From contig CAKQHZ010000002.1 of assembly GCA_934246625.1 (NCBI GenBank), positions 185,112 through 217,111 on the forward strand: 32,000 bases of DNA. The letters run 5' to 3'. The position numbers and the translations under genes are program-made. The DNA is from an uncultured Alphaproteobacteria bacterium (GTDB taxonomy: Bacteria > Pseudomonadota > Alphaproteobacteria > Rs-D84 > CACZYB01). Positions 12,070-18,660 of the stretch are shown in pieces (positions within the stretch are counted from its first letter, which is position 1; the number at the start of each line of letters is the position of its first letter). The notes beneath the pieces are model-generated. The model made no database searches. It worked only from the letters and a program-made list of their open reading frames with translations, and was not told the origin of the DNA.

Positions 12070-13320
12070 ATGATTGATAGAAAAAGTGTGATTGGTTTTC
12101 TTGATATTGGAACAAGTAAAGTTGTTTGCCTTATTGGTGCAATTACAAATGATGGTGTGCCTGTGTGCCTTAGTATTGGTGAGGCAATTAACGAAGGTTT
12201 TTCCAATGGGAAAATTACTGATGTTTCTAAGTTGGCATTTGCTATCAATCAGGCTGTGGCGATTGCAGAAAATAAAGCCAAGTGCAGAATAAAGGAAGTT
12301 GTGGTTTCCCTTTCTGGATTTCAATTTAAATCACATTTTTTAAATTCAAAAATTGGGTGGAATTTTGAAAAAAATATTACCTTTAAAGATATTGAGCATT
12401 GCACTAAACGTATTCCAATTCAAAAGCATATCAATATAGATGATTATTCGGTTATTCATATAATTCCAATAAAATATATTATTGATGGGAAAAAGGAAGT
12501 TGTTAATCCATTAAATCTTTCTGCTTCTACACTTAAAATAATTTATCATATTATTGTTGTTGATAGTCTTATGATGAATGATGTGATAGATGCAGTTAAA
12601 AAAACAAATCTTAAGGTTAAAGATGTTGTCGCAAATTCGTATGCGTCAGGGCTTTCATCTTTGGTTGATGATGACAGACGTGTCGGAAGTATGATTATTG
12701 ATATTGGAAAATCATCTGTGTCTGTGGGTGTGTTTTTTGAAAATAATTTTATTTATACTTTTTCATCTCCTATTGGTGGGGACTATATAACTAACTATAT
12801 TTGTAAAAATACCAATATTAAATTTGATGAAGCAGAACGTATAAAAAAGAAATATGGTGCTGTGAAACCTTTGCCTATTGATTATTCTGAAGTAATTAAC
12901 GTATCGGTTATTTCTGATAATGGCGAAGAAGAAAGTGTTGATATGGTAAAATCTGACATTTTGAATATTATTTATCCAGTTGTAAAAATGTCATTTAGTG
13001 TTATTAAGAAATATATTGAAGATAAAAATTTTACACCATTTGTTAATCGTATAATTATTACTGGTGGTGGCGCGTTGATTGAAAATGTTAAGGGGGTTGC
13101 AGAGGAGGTTTTTGAACTTCCTGTGCGTGTGGCAAAACCAATAAAGTTAGATGGACTTAATGAAGAATATGTGAATGTTTCAAATGCAACTTTGATTGGG
13201 CTTTTCCTTTTTAATTTTTATAAATCTTCAAGTGCATTAAAACTTAATTCTGAAATTGAATTTGAAAGGGATAATAGTCTTTTTGGTAAAATCAGAAAAT
13301 TTATCAATGATAATTTTTAG
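12070..13320 (+). CDS. ftsA: cell division protein FtsA
   Basis: Listed ORF starts at 12049. The ATG at 12070 follows the ftsQ stop and an AAGGA RBS. Actin-like phosphate-1 motif IGFLDIGTSKVVCLIG, later IIDIGKSSVSV and ITGGGALI, and a C-terminal amphipathic helix (SLFGKIRKFINDNF). Confidence 0.9.
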   Translation: MIDRKSVIGFLDIGTSKVVCLIGAITNDGVPVCLSIGEAINEGFSNGKITDVSKLAFAINQAVAIAENKAKCRIKEVVVSLSGFQFKSHFLNSKIGWNFEKNITFKDIEHCTKRIPIQKHINIDDYSVIHIIPIKYIIDGKKEVVNPLNLSASTLKIIYHIIVVDSLMMNDVIDAVKKTNLKVKDVVANSYASGLSSLVDDDRRVGSMIIDIGKSSVSVGVFFENNFIYTFSSPIGGDYITNYICKNTNIKFDEAERIKKKYGAVKPLPIDYSEVINVSVISDNGEEESVDMVKSDILNIIYPVVKMSFSVIKKYIEDKNFTPFVNRIIITGGGALIENVKGVAEEVFELPVRVAKPIKLDGLNEEYVNVSNATLIGLFLFNFYKSSSALKLNSEIEFERDNSLFGKIRKFINDNF

Positions 13321-13380
13321 GGTTTTATTGTATGTGCTTTTATGTTATTATAGTGTTAGGAAAAATATAAGGATTTTAAT

Positions 13381-15183
13381 ATGTTAGATTTGAAAAAAAA
13401 TGATGTGATGTCTGTGTATTATGATAATTCAAAGTATAATTTGTCATCAATACTTCTTCCATTTAAGGGAATGATAAGACGTATTTTTGGACTTTCATTT
13501 TTAATAAATGTTTTAAGTGTTTTGATACCTTTGTGTATTATGTATTTGATTGATGGAAAGTTTAATTTATCACTTGATTCAAATGGACTTTTTAACATTG
13601 TGTTTTTGACATCTGTGCTTGGGTTTAACTTTTTATTTCGTTATATTCGTGCGGGTATGATAAATTATGTTTTGTTAAATATTGATAATAATATTTGCAA
13701 AAATATTTTGGATAAGGTTTTTAAATTACCAGCAAGGAAAATGGAAAAAAAGAAAGAAGCCTTTTGGACAACTTTGTTTGCGGATATTGATGTTATTCGA
13801 AATGGTCTTTCTGGTTCCTATATTGTGAATATTACAGATATTCCTTTTGTGCTTTTGTTTATTGGTGTGATTGGAATTTTGCTTGGTAAATATTTCTTTG
13901 TCATTCTTTTATTTTTACTTATGTATGCAATTTTTATTATGTTTGCATCTTATGTTTTGGGAATTGTTGATGATAAGGAAAAAATGGCGATAAAGGAACG
14001 TGATGAACTTATATCTGGGTCAATACATAATCTTTCATCGTTGAAAACTTTGTCTTTGACAGACAAGGTTATGAATATGTGGCATGATTATCAAAAAAGT
14101 ATAGTTGATATTACATACAAAAGAAATTATACCTTGGATATTTGTTTGGTGTTGAATTATGTTATTTTCTTTTTGGGATTGATTGTATTTTCTTTGATTG
14201 GTGTTTATGCAGTTAATTTGCATATTATGAGTATTGGAACTTTGGTTGCTGTGCTTTTACTTTTTACTTTGAATTTTTATTTGATTAACAGCTTTTTAAA
14301 ATATCTTCCTCAATATTTTAAATTTATCAATTCTATTGAACGTTTAAGTCAAGTTATGGCGGAACAAGTTGATGCCCTTAAAACCGAAGAGGTGGAGGAT
14401 ATTACTCTTGGTAATTTGGAACTTAAAAATGTGGTGTTGGAAGATAGTTTGAAAAACATTATTTTAAAAGATGTTAACTTTACCTTTAAAGAAGGAAGTG
14501 TTTATGTTGTGCGTGGTAAGAATACTTTTGATACATCTTTATTTTTAAAAAGTTTGATTGGTGCATATGATATTTCAAATGGTGAAATACTTTTTGACAG
14601 ATATGATGTTGCGAACCTTAAGGCTGAAAGTCTTAAAAACTATATACACTATCTTGGGGTAAATTATTTTATCATTGAAGGAACGGTGAAAGAAAATTTG
14701 AATTGCTTTTTGAATGAAAGCGATACTTCCTTTGCTGGATTTGTTGATTATAAAAAGGTTGCGAAAATGTTCGGCCTTGATGAAATAATTGCAAAACTTC
14801 CAAATGGATATAATACGATTATTGATAGTAAAACAGATTTGTTGACACAGGAGGAAATGAAACTTTTGAGTATTGCTCGTGTGTTTGTTGGTAATCCAAA
14901 GGTTATGATTTTTGACCAACCATTTTTAGGACTTAGAAAAATTTATAAGGAAAAGTTGATAAAGGCGTTTGCCGAATTTTCTTCTGATAAAATTATTATT
15001 GTTTCAACAACGGAAAAGGATATTGGAAAACGTAAAGTTATTAACATTGAAAATGAAAAAATTACAATGTTGACTTCTGATACTTTTGATGAGGCTTTGA
15101 TGGATATAAATGCCAAAATCGAAGAAGAAGATGCAACAGAAAATCGTGCATTGTTTAGACGAATTTTTAGGAAGAAAGACTGA
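13381..15183 (+). CDS. T1SS/PrtD-HlyB-type ABC exporter (TMD-NBD fusion) with degenerate nucleotide-binding motifs
   Basis: 600 aa. N-terminus LLPFKGMIRRIFGLSFLINVLSVLIPLCIMYLIDG and about 6 TM helices. The NBD fold is recognisable (LPNGYNTIID...LSIARVFVGNPKVMIFDQP), but the Walker A, Q-loop, signature, Walker B Glu and H-loop positions are all substituted. Confidence 0.8.
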   Translation: MLDLKKNDVMSVYYDNSKYNLSSILLPFKGMIRRIFGLSFLINVLSVLIPLCIMYLIDGKFNLSLDSNGLFNIVFLTSVLGFNFLFRYIRAGMINYVLLNIDNNICKNILDKVFKLPARKMEKKKEAFWTTLFADIDVIRNGLSGSYIVNITDIPFVLLFIGVIGILLGKYFFVILLFLLMYAIFIMFASYVLGIVDDKEKMAIKERDELISGSIHNLSSLKTLSLTDKVMNMWHDYQKSIVDITYKRNYTLDICLVLNYVIFFLGLIVFSLIGVYAVNLHIMSIGTLVAVLLLFTLNFYLINSFLKYLPQYFKFINSIERLSQVMAEQVDALKTEEVEDITLGNLELKNVVLEDSLKNIILKDVNFTFKEGSVYVVRGKNTFDTSLFLKSLIGAYDISNGEILFDRYDVANLKAESLKNYIHYLGVNYFIIEGTVKENLNCFLNESDTSFAGFVDYKKVAKMFGLDEIIAKLPNGYNTIIDSKTDLLTQEEMKLLSIARVFVGNPKVMIFDQPFLGLRKIYKEKLIKAFAEFSSDKIIIVSTTEKDIGKRKVINIENEKITMLTSDTFDEALMDINAKIEEEDATENRALFRRIFRKKD

Positions 15184-15836
15184 TGAAAAAAAATATTTTA
15201 ATATCTGCAAGTTTAACATCAACTGATTATTTTGATATAGAAAAAACTATTGCTTTGGTAAATAGCTCTTCTGTGGATAGGATTCATTTTGATGTTATGG
15301 ACGGTGTATTTGTGCCAAATATTACCTATGGTCCAGATTTTATTTCATCGGTTAAATTACACACAAAAAAATTTTTTGATGTGCATCTTATGATTATCAA
15401 TCCTTTGTCCTATATTGAAAGATTTGTTGATGCTGGTGCAGATTTGATAAGCGTGCATATTGAGGCAAAAAATACTATGAAGTCGATAAAACTTATTAAA
15501 TCTTTTGGTGTGAAGGCAGGGATTGTTATCAATCCAAAGACCAGTTATAAAAAGGTTTTGAAGTATTTGGATTTTGTTGATGAAGTTATGGTGATGAGTG
15601 TTGAACCTGGGTTTGGTGGGCAAAAATTTATTGTTGATGTTGTGCCAAAAATTCAAAAAATTTCACAAATTATAAAAAGTAAAGGTAAAAAAATTTTGTT
15701 GCAAGTTGATGGTGGAATCAATTTTGAAACGGGTAAACTTGTTATTGATAGTGGTGTTAATTCTTTGGTTGTTGGAAGTTTTTTATTTAATCAAAAAAAT
15801 TTTGATAAAACAGTTCTTAAATTAAAAAGTTTATAA
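15183..15836 (+). CDS. rpe: ribulose-phosphate 3-epimerase
   Basis: 217 aa. Motifs HFDVMDGVFVPNITYGP, DVHLMI, MSVEPGFGGQKF and VDGGIN. Its start overlaps the ABC gene stop (TGATG). Confidence 0.95.
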   Translation: MKKNILISASLTSTDYFDIEKTIALVNSSSVDRIHFDVMDGVFVPNITYGPDFISSVKLHTKKFFDVHLMIINPLSYIERFVDAGADLISVHIEAKNTMKSIKLIKSFGVKAGIVINPKTSYKKVLKYLDFVDEVMVMSVEPGFGGQKFIVDVVPKIQKISQIIKSKGKKILLQVDGGINFETGKLVIDSGVNSLVVGSFLFNQKNFDKTVLKLKSL

Positions 15837-15848
15837 TCTATATTTTTA

Positions 15849-15877
15849 TTTACAAAAATTTAATTATGTATTAAGAT
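15849..15877 (+). promoter_or_regulatory. candidate sigma70 promoter driving the structured RNA and Cys-rich gene
   Basis: TTTACA (15849-15854), 17-nt spacer, TAAGAT (15872-15877), just after the rpe stop. This would place a transcription start near 15884. Confidence 0.4.
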
Positions 15878-15909
15878 GAAATTAGGTTTGGAAGTTATTC
15901 TGAACTTAG

Positions 15910-16100
15910 TGTCCTTAATGGATACGGGATTGTCGAAGGTCCTTTATAGTCTGCGTATAACGCAATGTTATATGGTAAATGCCCCCGCCTTTAGTGGGGA
16001 GCCCTTGATGTATGTTCAGAGGATATATCTTTATGTCCTTAAAGATCTTGTGGAATCATTTCAGACTATATGATTTTCGAACTCCCCGCCGTTAAGGATA
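15910..16100 (+). ncRNA. candidate structured RNA (class unknown; possibly a 6S-like RNA or a long cis-regulatory leader of the downstream gene)
   Basis: Visibly GC-enriched relative to its flanks. The 5' arm 15910-15953 pairs with the 3' arm 16062-16100 in four near-contiguous helices: 15910-21/16089-100 (12 bp), 15925-28/16085-88 (4 bp), 15933-41/16072-80 (9 bp) and 15945-53/16062-70 (9 bp). Four G-U pairs would be A-C mismatches on the other strand, which favours the + strand. The apical region of about 108 nt holds hairpins at 15981-16002 and 16027-16046. Confidence 0.45.
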
Positions 16101-16149
16101 AATGGGAAAAATTTTTGTGTTTTTGCACAAAATAAAGGGGAAAAAGAAC

Positions 16150-16518
16150 ATGAACAAGAAGTTATCAATATTGGTATCTACATTTTTATGTGTAGCGTTA
16201 TCATCTAATGTAAAATCAGAAACATTAATAGAGTCATTACAAAGGTATTGTGTGCCAACTGCTGAAGTTTGCGGAACTGTGGCAAGGGCAACATACAACA
16301 CATCGGAAAGTGCTTGCGAGTGTTCGGCTTGCGGAATGTATTATGATAAAACTTCCAGAAGTTGTCAGACTTGTCCAGAGGGAACTTATGTGAACAACAG
16401 ATACTCCACAGAGTGCATAAGGCCAGATTGTGGCATAGGCAATTATGGAGTTGTTGAAACTGGCAAAACCGATTGTGGAATAGGATTTTACAAAGTAGCT
16501 TTATCCAGTTGTAAATAG
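16150..16518 (+). CDS. small secreted cysteine-rich protein (TNFR/ephrin-receptor-like CxxCPxGTY module)
   Basis: Listed ORF 16102..16518. The ATG at 16150 has an AAGGGG RBS 9 nt upstream and yields signal peptide MNKKLSILVSTFLCVALSSNVKS. The mature part has 11 Cys, including CECSACGMYYDKTSRSCQTCPEGTYVNN...EC and the duplicated DCGIG(N/F)Y. Confidence 0.7.
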   Translation: MNKKLSILVSTFLCVALSSNVKSETLIESLQRYCVPTAEVCGTVARATYNTSESACECSACGMYYDKTSRSCQTCPEGTYVNNRYSTECIRPDCGIGNYGVVETGKTDCGIGFYKVALSSCK

Positions 16519-16524
16519 GAGATA

Positions 16525-16567
16525 TGGGAGGAGGTATTTTCTTATGGTTTTTGCTTCCTCCCTCCCA
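16525..16567 (+). other. GC-rich stem-loop just after the Cys-rich gene stop (possible terminator or SD-sequestering hairpin)
   Basis: TGGGAGGAGG (16525-16534) pairs with CCTCCCTCCCA (16557-16567) with one bulged C and a 22-nt loop. There is no clear U-tract afterwards, so it is not a canonical intrinsic terminator. Confidence 0.4.
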
Positions 16568-16600
16568 AAAGATAAGATGAGGTGTTTAATGAGAAAAAGA

Positions 16601-16667
16601 GTCAGCACAAAAGTACGAAGTGCAACGGTAGCCCTAAAGGGACGGAGGGCAGTTGCTTTGCTGACAT
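16601..16667 (+). other. nested GC-rich stem-loop (unknown function)
   Basis: Three nested helices: GTCAGCA (16601-07)/TGCTGAC (16661-67), GCAAC (16622-26)/GTTGC (16652-56) and GCCCT (16631-35)/AGGGC (16646-50). Confidence 0.35.
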
Positions 16668-16738
16668 ACTAAACCCTTAAAGAAAAATAAGAAAAATGGA
16701 GAAATAATGGAAAAGTTTTTAAAACTAGAACCTTATAA

Positions 16739-16774
16739 GAGCACACCCCGCAAGGGGGGGTAAGGGGTGTGCTC
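16739..16774. repeat. perfect 11-bp GC-rich inverted repeat (hairpin)
   Basis: GAGCACACCCC (16739-16749) and GGGGTGTGCTC (16764-16774) flank GCAAGGGGGGGTAA. An alternative inner CCCC-GCAA-GGGG tetraloop hairpin is possible. Confidence 0.5.
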
Positions 16775-16775
16775 G

Positions 16776-16799
16776 GTAAAATTGATGTATCAATTTTAC
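16776..16799. promoter_or_regulatory. perfect 24-bp palindrome, candidate operator overlapping a putative -35 of the second Cys-rich gene
   Basis: GTAAAATTGAT gt ATCAATTTTAC: 11-bp arms with a 2-nt centre. Its right arm overlaps TTTACA (16795-16800), which lies 18 nt upstream of TAATAT (16819-16824). The gene ATG is at 16854. Confidence 0.35.
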
Positions 16800-16853
16800 A
16801 TACATTAAAATTAAAAACTAATATTAACAAACTAAACTGAAAGGTAAAATAAA

Positions 16854-17573
16854 ATGGGAAAAATGAAAAATATGAACTTATTGTTGGTAATGACAACTTT
16901 GCCAATGACTGCAAAAGCCGATCTTTTTAAATGTATGGCTTGTACTAATAAACCTGCTAACGCTCACTATACATCCGGCGGAACCAATACCTCCAATTGC
17001 TCTTGGTCTTGCGATAGCGGATATACTAAAAATGATAATTTATGCTGTGCAAATAAACCTGATAATTCTTATTATTACTCCAATAATTGTGGTTGGAATT
17101 GTAATAGCGGGTATGCATCTTGTAATAGTCGTTGTATTAAAGATGAAAGAATTGCGAATTCATCATACAATTCAAGTTGTGAGCTAGAATGTAATAAAGG
17201 ATATAAACCTGTTTATACAACAACTGGTGGAGGTTGTTCATTTACTGTGAAGACTTTATCTGAGTGTAAAGTTGATCCTTGGGTTCACTGTGCGACAACA
17301 GCTAATGCTATATATATTCAATTTACTCATACTACTGAATATGGTGAATCATGTGCTAGCTCACAAAGAAAATATTATTCTGCGGGAACTTCATTTAATC
17401 CTGTTTTTAGAAGTTGGGAAAAAGGTAGGTGTGCTTATGTGATGTTTAGAATATATAAAACATCAGATCAAACACTTTTAAAAACAGTATCAGTCAGCGT
17501 TTTCAAGACACAATTTGATTATGACCAAAGATATATTTATTGTGATGGAAAACTTCAAAAATATACTGAATAA
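16854..17573 (+). CDS. secreted cysteine-rich repeat protein (EGF-like CxWxCxSGY repeats plus a C-terminal domain of about 110 aa)
   Basis: 239 aa with a GAAAGG RBS 9 nt upstream. Signal peptide ...MKNMNLLLVMTTLPMTAKA. Three tandem modules: KPANAHYTS..NCSWSCDSGYTKNDNLC, KPDNSYYYSNNCGWNCNSGYASCNSRC and IANSSYNSSCELECNKGYK. A terminator follows. Confidence 0.75.
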   Translation: MGKMKNMNLLLVMTTLPMTAKADLFKCMACTNKPANAHYTSGGTNTSNCSWSCDSGYTKNDNLCCANKPDNSYYYSNNCGWNCNSGYASCNSRCIKDERIANSSYNSSCELECNKGYKPVYTTTGGGCSFTVKTLSECKVDPWVHCATTANAIYIQFTHTTEYGESCASSQRKYYSAGTSFNPVFRSWEKGRCAYVMFRIYKTSDQTLLKTVSVSVFKTQFDYDQRYIYCDGKLQKYTE

Positions 17574-17576
17574 AAA

Positions 17577-17601
17577 AGAAAAGGGGTTTTGCCCCTTTTT
17601 T
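17577..17601. terminator. bidirectional rho-independent terminator between the convergent Cys-rich gene and epmA
   Basis: GAAAAGGGG ttttg CCCCTTTTTTTT: a GC stem flanked by an A-run on one side and a T-run on the other, so it reads as stem plus U-tract on both strands. Confidence 0.8.
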
Positions 17602-18660
17602 TTATAGTGTTGGAATTTCGGTCCAAAGAATATCCTTTATATCATTTGCACCAGTTGAAAGCATTATTAAGCGGTCAATTCCCATTGCAATGCCAGTGGC
17701 TGGGTCCATATTTTCTATGGCTTCGATAAAACTTTCATCAATAGGATATGTTATGCCGTATAATTCCTTTTTTGTTTGCATATCGTGTTCAAAGCGAGCA
17801 CGTTGGATTTTTGCATCGGTTAGTTCGGTGAATGCATTTGCAAGTTCAACTCCACAAACATAAAGTTCGAATCGTTCAGCAATATTTTTATTGGTATCCT
17901 TTGCCTTTGAAAGGGCAGCTTGATGAATTGGATATTCATAAAGGATTGTTGGTTTTTCACAGCCAAGATTTGGTTCAATATATTCGAACATAAGTTTTTC
18001 GTATATGTCGTCCCATGTATCAATTTGTGATACGTTGATGTTTAGTGATTTTGCCTTTTCTTCCAATAAATGTTTTGATGGGTTTTCTGGATTATCTATT
18101 GTTGCGAGTATATCAAAGTGGCAAAATTTTTCAAATGCTTCCTTTACAGTTAATTTTTCCATACCATTAAATGGAGAACATTTTTTACCATTGTGTTCAA
18201 AAAATTCTTTGCCGATTGATGATAATGCGGATTTTAAAATTTTTTCGCAATCGTCCATAAGTTTTGTATAGTCGTAATGTAATCTATACCATTCTAACAT
18301 TGTGAATTCAGGATAGTGTGTAGGAGATACAATTTCGTTTCTGAAGGTATGAGTAAATTGATAGATATTTTCCATACCGAAACTTAGCAATTTTTTCATT
18401 GCGAATTCAGGTGATGTATGAAGGTATAAAGTTTTTGGGTTTGTGCCAGTTATGTCCAAAAATTTTGTTTCAAATGCGGTAAGGTGGACTTCCATTCCTG
18501 GGCAATATTGAAGGATAGGGGTGTCAACTTCGGTAAAAGATTCTGTTGAAAAAAATTTTTTGATTGCGTTTATGATTTTGTTTCGCATCAAAAGAAAAGG
18601 AAGTTTCCTTTTGAAAACTTCCCTTGCTTTGTATGTATGTAAATTATTATTTTGCATCAT
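17602..18660 (-). CDS. epmA: EF-P (R)-beta-lysine ligase (PoxA/GenX, truncated class II LysRS paralog)
   Basis: By-eye alignment to E. coli EpmA: FTEVDTPIL, TSPEFAMKKLL, FRNE...HYPEFTMLEWY, ERFELYVCGVELANAFTELTD, GIAMGIDRLIML. The listed ORF extends to 18795, but those 45 low-complexity codons overlap rplY. The ATGs at 18660/18657 fit the family N-terminus. Confidence 0.88.
   Translation of the reverse strand: MMQNNNLHTYKAREVFKRKLPFLLMRNKIINAIKKFFSTESFTEVDTPILQYCPGMEVHLTAFETKFLDITGTNPKTLYLHTSPEFAMKKLLSFGMENIYQFTHTFRNEIVSPTHYPEFTMLEWYRLHYDYTKLMDDCEKILKSALSSIGKEFFEHNGKKCSPFNGMEKLTVKEAFEKFCHFDILATIDNPENPSKHLLEEKAKSLNINVSQIDTWDDIYEKLMFEYIEPNLGCEKPTILYEYPIHQAALSKAKDTNKNIAERFELYVCGVELANAFTELTDAKIQRARFEHDMQTKKELYGITYPIDESFIEAIENMDPATGIAMGIDRLIMLSTGANDIKDILWTEIPTL

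Noticed and set aside
15876-16073. Listed 65-aa ORF (MKLGLEVILNLVSLMDTG...) as a protein gene.
   Set aside because: No SD precedes its ATG. The ATG overlaps the putative -10, and the ORF coincides with 34 bp of intramolecular complementarity, which fits an RNA element better. It is not fully excluded.
15910-16100. tmRNA (ssrA), including the permuted two-piece alphaproteobacterial form. GGATACGGGATTGTCGAA resembles the tmRNA 5' GGAUUCGACGGGAUUUGCGAA, and TTCGAACTCCCCGCC resembles a T-loop plus T-stem.
   Set aside because: No 5' T-stem strand sits next to the TTCGAAC loop. There is no CCA-type 3' end or GGGG acceptor start. No tag-like reading frame ends in Ala-Ala-stop on either strand. The two motifs actually pair with each other or nearby sequence as part of a simple rod. 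A covariance-model search is still needed to be certain.
15910-16100. Miniature RNase P RNA. GUCGAAGGUCC looks a little like CR-I GAGGAAAGUCC and takes part in a long-range helix.
   Set aside because: At about 190 nt (313 nt maximum spacer) it is far shorter than bacterial RNase P RNAs. There is no bulged-U P4 geometry, no ACAGAA...GGCUUA CR-V and no specificity-domain motifs.
15849-16149. Known riboswitch classes (c-di-GMP-I/II, cobalamin, TPP, glycine, fluoride, ZTP, SAM-II) as the leader of the Cys-rich gene.
   Set aside because: None of the conserved cores I remember is present (for example the B12 box GCCACUG, the TPP CUGAGA...ACCUGA, or GEMM GGCAAAC...ACGCAAAGC). This was not tested computationally.
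16601-16667. tRNA or tRNA-like gene, because of a 7-bp acceptor-like outer stem.
   Set aside because: It is only about 65-67 nt, lacks a GTTCRA T-loop and a D-arm, and its internal helices do not fit a cloverleaf.
16739-16774. Group II intron domain V. It starts with GAGC, has a GNRA-like GCAA loop and is about 36 nt.
   Set aside because: The helix/bulge layout does not match DV: a 2-nt bulge on the 3' strand is expected, whereas here there is either a 14-nt loop or a 10-nt bulge. There are no other intron domains and no IEP/RT ORF nearby.
16669-16914. 81-aa minus-strand ORF spanning the spacer and the start of the second Cys-rich gene.
   Set aside because: Its composition is low-complexity Phe/Ser/Leu, it has no RBS, and it overlaps a well-supported + strand gene start and the hairpin/palindrome cluster.
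15840-17600. Retron, DGR or other reverse-transcriptase-linked element. A long closing stem is reminiscent of retron a1/a2, and Cys-rich variable proteins are reminiscent of DGR targets.
   Set aside because: No reverse transcriptase ORF exists in the window. I found no template/variable repeat pair between the spacers and the 3' ends of the two Cys-rich genes.
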